From the NCBI GenBank assembly GCA_946965045.2, contig OX337235.1, positions 3,224,001 through 3,288,000 on the forward strand: a DNA stretch of 64,000 nt. Direction: 5' to 3'. The translations under genes and the position numbers were made by a program. Each line of letters opens with the position of its first letter. Within the stretch, counting starts at the first letter, position 1. A model generated the notes under the pieces. It worked only from the letters and a program-made list of their open reading frames with translations. It was not told the DNA's origin and did no database searches. Below are positions 58,794-64,000 of this stretch, piece after piece. Origin of the DNA: Epithemia pelagica. Lineage: Eukaryota; Protista; Bacillariophyta.

Positions 58794-59824
58794 GTGGTAT
58801 ACTTCCTCTGACATTGGGTTCCAAGCCAGTGGAGGATTTCGAGGACCGGGATGGGAGGCGGGAGGTGTCAAGGTATCCAATATTTGGTCCTCACTGCCAT
58901 TCAACAACAACCTTTGTACAGGAGTCATTTCGGGTGTGTCACTCTTTCAGCTATTCAACTATTCTGTGACTTACAGTACCTTTGAAGGAGAAAATACACA
59001 AATGGGAGATCGACTATTGCAAGTATTGGGATTGCGGATATCTTACAACTTGGAGCTGCCGGCAACATCGCGATTGGTCAAAATGGAAGTATGGAATGAC
59101 GAGACTCAAGAATATTCCAATGTGGATCGATTGGGATTATACTTCTTTGTGACCGACTCGTACACTTGTTTTGGCTTTGTGGAATATCCATTCTTACTGG
59201 GAGCAAAATCCTTGAAACTAGATGGTGAAGTCCCGGGCAAGATTGGCAGCAATATGATTATTCAGTCTGTGGTAGGCGACTACCTTACGCAATTTGAGAA
59301 TACGCCCTACGATCCAAGCCTGCCGGGAGCCCGATTGGTCAATTGAACGGATCTCCTGACCAATGAATCTAGTACAGACACCGGACTCCTGTCTAGCAGG
59401 CGAATACTGGCAAAAAGATATTGCCTCATGTTCTGAGTGTCCTGACGATACTTCTGTATCCTTCCTCAGCGAAAAGCTCAAATTTGATGGAGACAATAAT
59501 GGGTCGGATGGAATAAGCATTTGATTGGTTAATGCGGCTCTCTATGACATTGCTGTGTTGGTCAAGTCCATGCCATCTTGGGTCTCTATTTCGGCTGCTT
59601 CCTACAAAGATTCTGGATTGGATGTGAGTTTCCATGGGAACAGTACTTCCGTCAACCTCATGTCGGGTCAGACAATGCTGCTTACCTTTGGGGTCAATCT
59701 AGACATACTCGAGCCTGGTACTGGACAAGGCACGGTTGCCTTTGGAGTTCAGCTTTTGCCCGTCCTCAACGTGAGCATTTCCACTGTAGAATTTATTCGG
59801 TTTATCAGACCCACGTATTGTTGA
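58794..59824 (+). pseudogene. 5'-nucleotidase-type gene, 3' half
   Basis: Resumes W|YTSSDIGFQASGGFRG..SLPFNNNL..SGVSL..LLQVLGLRISYN (5_nucleotid_C pattern); frameshift near 59350 and TGA near 59520. Confidence 0.75.
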
Positions 59825-61789
59825 GTTCACCGTGTGTTGAGGCCGGGGAAGGTCGTGAACTATTCGACCTGGAGCGCTGGAAGGGCGAGAAATATCTTGA
59901 TCCACATCAATGTTGGATCGTCGGCAGGACGTGAGTGGAGCAGGAATATATGCATTTGCGCACATACTCGGGCAAAGGCAGATGTACAAAGTCTCTTCTG
60001 TGCCAAACCTCTTGAGAGGATGCATATGAAAGTGTGGCCATCGGGGATGCATTCGGTTTATCATCGAAATGAGCTATCTCTTCCCTACACCGTTGGAGTT
60101 GAAAGTTGAACGTGCCAGATACTCTCGTTGACGGATCTTCAGTATGAGGCTGTCATTATTCGACGGAAGGTGTATGCAAGGAGAGTGTCAGAGAAGATAA
60201 TCAGTGTCCATGCGGTGCAGAATTTGACGTACCGCGTCCGCAAGAATTTGTCCATCGCCGACAGCGATCTCAGATGTGAGCAAACTGTCGACATTCCTTT
60301 ACGGTTTGTTTTAATTGTTGAAGCTCTCGTTTGCTTCACATATAATTGTTGGCCTCGTGGGAGACATCTGCTTCCAAGAGTGCTCATTCACTTTCGGCAA
60401 TTTGAATAGAGAGCCCGTTTTTGCGGGTTGTGCCGGGTGACGTATACTTCATTGGGTGTGCTGTCCTGCTGTATGCGTTGAGGTTGATGTATTGCCACAC
60501 AGTTGCCCATGAACCGCATTTGTTATGGATGGTGCTTTATGCATTGTCCTTGGCAGGAACTTCTGAAAAGATGTGGTGATTGGTGGTTGATTGGTGGTCT
60601 GATATCACACCGTGCCTTTGACTGTCATTACATTGGCTGACATCCACTGTGAGTCTGTTTGAATCCATGACACGTGATATGACAAGGGCCCAATAAAAAG
60701 GTGCAATCAAGCTGTGATGTCCTTTAGTTGCACTTTGTGTTGGTAGCCCTCGGGCGAACAAACCTGTCCTTGGACGAACAAACCTGTCATTAATGTGACT
60801 GCAACGATGGTTACATGTCTATGCAAGGGCTGTTGGTGGGTAAAACCTACCGCCATGGCAGTCGTTCGCTTCGAACGACAACTATGTACCACGCCAAGAA
60901 TTGCCCTATGTCTGGTTCTATGCTATTAAACGCTTGGTGTGTGTTGGGTACAACTGTACCAGCAATGCATGAAAATGACAACGTGTATCGGACGAAAATC
61001 GTACCATGATTGTTTTGGCTCGTCTTGAGTCAATGAGTGGCTAGCTGGGAGAGGATCCCTGTCGCTATGGCCGATGTTTTCCCTCCACACTCCTCATGAG
61101 CTAGGAGCTGGACACGTCAGTATGTATTCGAAACTATCGAAATTGTTGTTTGCTAGTTGGGATGGCAAAATAAGCAGAGCATAACATCCTGCCTTTCAGC
61201 AACGTCTTACTCAAGACCGTGAAATGAAAAGAAAGAAAGAAAGAAACAAAGAGTAGTTCTGGCATATCGGGCAGTTTGGGCCCTTACCATGCATGAACTA
61301 AAAGAAAATCCACTATGAAATTGAACTACCAGGGGGGACAAGGCAGTATACTGATTTGCCCCCATAACTCGATGGAATACACTGCATTTTCGTACATGTG
61401 AATTTGCGCTCGCTCTTGAGTGTCCTGTTTGGGTTGAATTCCCTATGAAAGAATATCCCATGAAAGTGAACGATGCGTTCGCTGTGGTATACTTCACAAG
61501 TCAGAAACCTGGTATATTCCACCGGTCAGCGACCTCTTATCCCAAGCAAGCCTTGTCGTTCCCGTGCCCCTCTACATGACGGGCAATGCGTTGCTACGAT
61601 TTGCAGGGGGAAATACAAGATTGGGCAATTCGTATCAGCGCATTTTGAGGAACCTGCACCAATTACAGAGCCCGTTTCGAGGCATTATGCGTATCGAGGC
61701 ATTCTGCGCAACAAGTCGCACCGCCTGAGCAATTCCCGAGTCGCACGACCTTTACCACCTCATTTGGAATGATAGTCCTAGTTGTGGGA

Positions 61790-61897
61790 CTCCACCAGTC
61801 AATAATGAGCAATAATGATGGAGGTGTGCAACAATGGTCTGATCTCCACCAGTCAATAATGAGCAATAATGATGGAGGTGTGCAACAATGGTCTGAT
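61790..61897. repeat. Perfect 54-bp tandem duplication
   Basis: CTCCACCAGTCAATAATGAGCAATAATGATGGAGGTGTGCAACAATGGTCTGAT twice. Confidence 0.95.
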
Positions 61898-62850
61898 GTG
61901 CGACGATATCGGAGAGGTGACAAATTGAAACCTAACCCTCGAACATTTGATGTTTGAAGGGCCATCGTTGTGATATGTATTCAAAAGGATTCAAAGCCAT
62001 GCACCAAGGCATGTGAGGTCAGTGCCGTCAGGGCTGACAAGTTCCTAATATCCTAAGAGAGTAGCCGCCAATTGGCAGTGTTGAGGAAAGGGCATGTAGA
62101 CAAGTGTTCGCATGCCAATAAGACGAAAAAGTCAGCGGGACATTTACAAACAAGTGCTCCCATACAAATTACAAATGAAATGCAAGAAACACGAACCTTG
62201 GGCTCAACTTTCGTGTTGATGCTTTCAATAAGTCCTGATGCGCGGGTTGGCAAGGAAAAGGAGACAACATCAGGCACTCTATTTTGCCGCCTTCTTATTT
62301 TATTGTTGCTGTGTGAGCACGAGACTACTTGTTGCCCTGTTGATTCCTAGCCATGAAAGCAAAAGATGGTGTGAAGCCAAGTTGTTACCACTCCTTCCAG
62401 CGTGGATTACGGCATGTTAATATCGAAAGTCAATGTGGAAATTGAAAGTCGCCAATGGCCAAATTTTGTCCAGCACACATACCAGCATCCATTCCAAGCC
62501 CCTTCATCTGTTTAAGCCTAGCGTGCTTGATGCATAGGGCAGAGAAAAAAAAGGAGAAACAAGTTTCTTATGACCAAGTGTTATTGATTGCTGGTGGCAG
62601 TTGTTCACTGACTCCGCCCTGGTCTTGATCAGCAAGAGCATTCCATTCTGGACCGATGAAGGCGCTCCTTCCTTCCCATGGACGCTACCTTGTACCGTTG
62701 CTTCTGGTGACCTGTGCACCTGGACTGGTCCTGATGCACCGGTCAAGGGGGAATAAGCATGAACCCATGGAGACCGGTCCACCATCAAAGAAAGGATGCA
62801 AGATGTAAGAAAGTACTAGCAGATCACTGCGGCGGCATTTGTCGCATGAC

Positions 62851-62963
62851 GTGGTCTGATCCAGTATCGAAGTACCGACTAGCACCAGTGTGGTCTGCTC
62901 CAGCATCGAAGTCTGGTCTAGCATCAGTGTGGTCTGCTCCAGCTTTGAAGTCTGGCCTAGCAC
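62851..62963. repeat. 39-bp minisatellite, about 3 imperfect units
   Basis: GTGGTCTG.TCCAG...GAAGT....CTAGCA.CAGT repeated. Confidence 0.85.
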
Positions 62964-64000
62964 GAATGAAGGATGCAAGGAAGAAAGTACTGTCACTGCC
63001 AAGCACACTTATTGAATGAGGCAGGGCAGTTACAAAGCTGAAAACAACATTCTGCACCGGTTGCCATGGATGGCAACATGCAGCATGCAGAATTTTGCAC
63101 AGGTTGCCATGGATAGCAACGTACCACATGCATCATTGCAGCAGGTAACATTGTTTACCGCAATTCACCTATATTCGAATTCCAAGAGAAAATCAAAGTC
63201 GTACGTCGTTGATGTGCAAGACAAGACGACAACAATGGCAATGATAGGCCATGCTATGCCATGATAAAAGAAAAGAAGTCGTTTTATGGCAATCCTTCGT
63301 TGCAGCATGAACAACCCTGTGTCAATAAGAAATACAGTCACACTGCCACGTGCATGCGGTGGTTGACAAATTAAAGAGAAGACTCCCAGTCTACTATCGA
63401 ATGAAACGGCCTTGTGTCGGTGGCAGTGGCACATGGCGAACTGATGAGCGTTCGCCCACTGTCATGCGTAAGGTATTGGCAACTGCCATCCATTACGAAG
63501 CATATTGAGGCCAAGTCTGATCAACTTGGCAAAACCACTGGCTCATCGGTGGACAATAACAAGTCGTTGACGACGAACTGCCATCATCTAGAGTGTCTGC
63601 ATGGCTGAACATTATGCCAAACGATTGGCTGAAGAGAGCTGTCGACCAGAGTGTCGGCATGACTTATTGACTATTACACCACCCGAATGGCGGGCAAGGA
63701 GAAGTTACGTAGTCGGTGGACCATGAAAAGGAACACAATGAATTGAAGGTATGGGGCAAGGGCCGCGGTAAAAGATTTTGGAACGCTGGATGAGGTGTGT
63801 CTTGTTCATTTCAGTCGCTAAGAACTGCCTTTGCCGTCCAAAGTGATGACGGGTCAGAGTCTTTCTTGACAGAGCCCCGAAGCAGACGATTGTGAAGGTT
63901 AATATACCTCGAGAATTCACATTGCGTGATCTCTGCTGATGAGATGACAGATGCACAATGTACCGAGAGACTAGTCGTGAAAGTCTGTGAAGAAACAAGC

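Noticed and set aside
59699-60064. GRIVHDLPRPQHTVNS resembling a DIRS/Ngaro RT motif
   Set aside because: Isolated motif with no downstream RT motifs; region is better explained as continuation of the plus-strand pseudogene.
60100-64000. Short ORFs in the final 4 kb
   Set aside because: All about 110 aa or less, no motifs, no consistent splice-joined frame found.

Overview
Eukaryotic nuclear DNA, most likely from a diatom (inferred from GTAAGT/GTACGT...YAG introns, a CoDi-type Ty1/copia and diatom-style protein families). I saw no rRNA, tRNA or CRISPR. Bases 1-47,850 are mostly near-identical segmental repeats. A ~15.8 kb unit (11874-27712, 27713-43356) carries a hypothetical protein, an RGS-kinase (GRK-like), INO1, a sulfotransferase-like pseudogene and a GDPD; a third partial copy is at 1-3923. 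Repeat boundaries fall inside Crinkler/RHS-type (CR) effector-like genes. Five such genes combine two N-terminal headers (A, B) with three C-terminal cassettes (HNH; NTPase+REase type Y; WW+NTPase+REase type Z). Four of them are joined through one identical 65-bp hinge and the fifth breaks inside it. Also present: a 4.25-kb element with perfect 28-bp TIRs and a TAA duplication encoding a six-intron Crypton-like tyrosine recombinase, two MITE families, and a young 9.8-kb copia with non-canonical AGTTA...TAAGT ends inserted in a 5'-nucleotidase-domain pseudogene. The last 4 kb has no supportable genes. All alignments were done by eye, and tandem assembly of haplotypes cannot be excluded.
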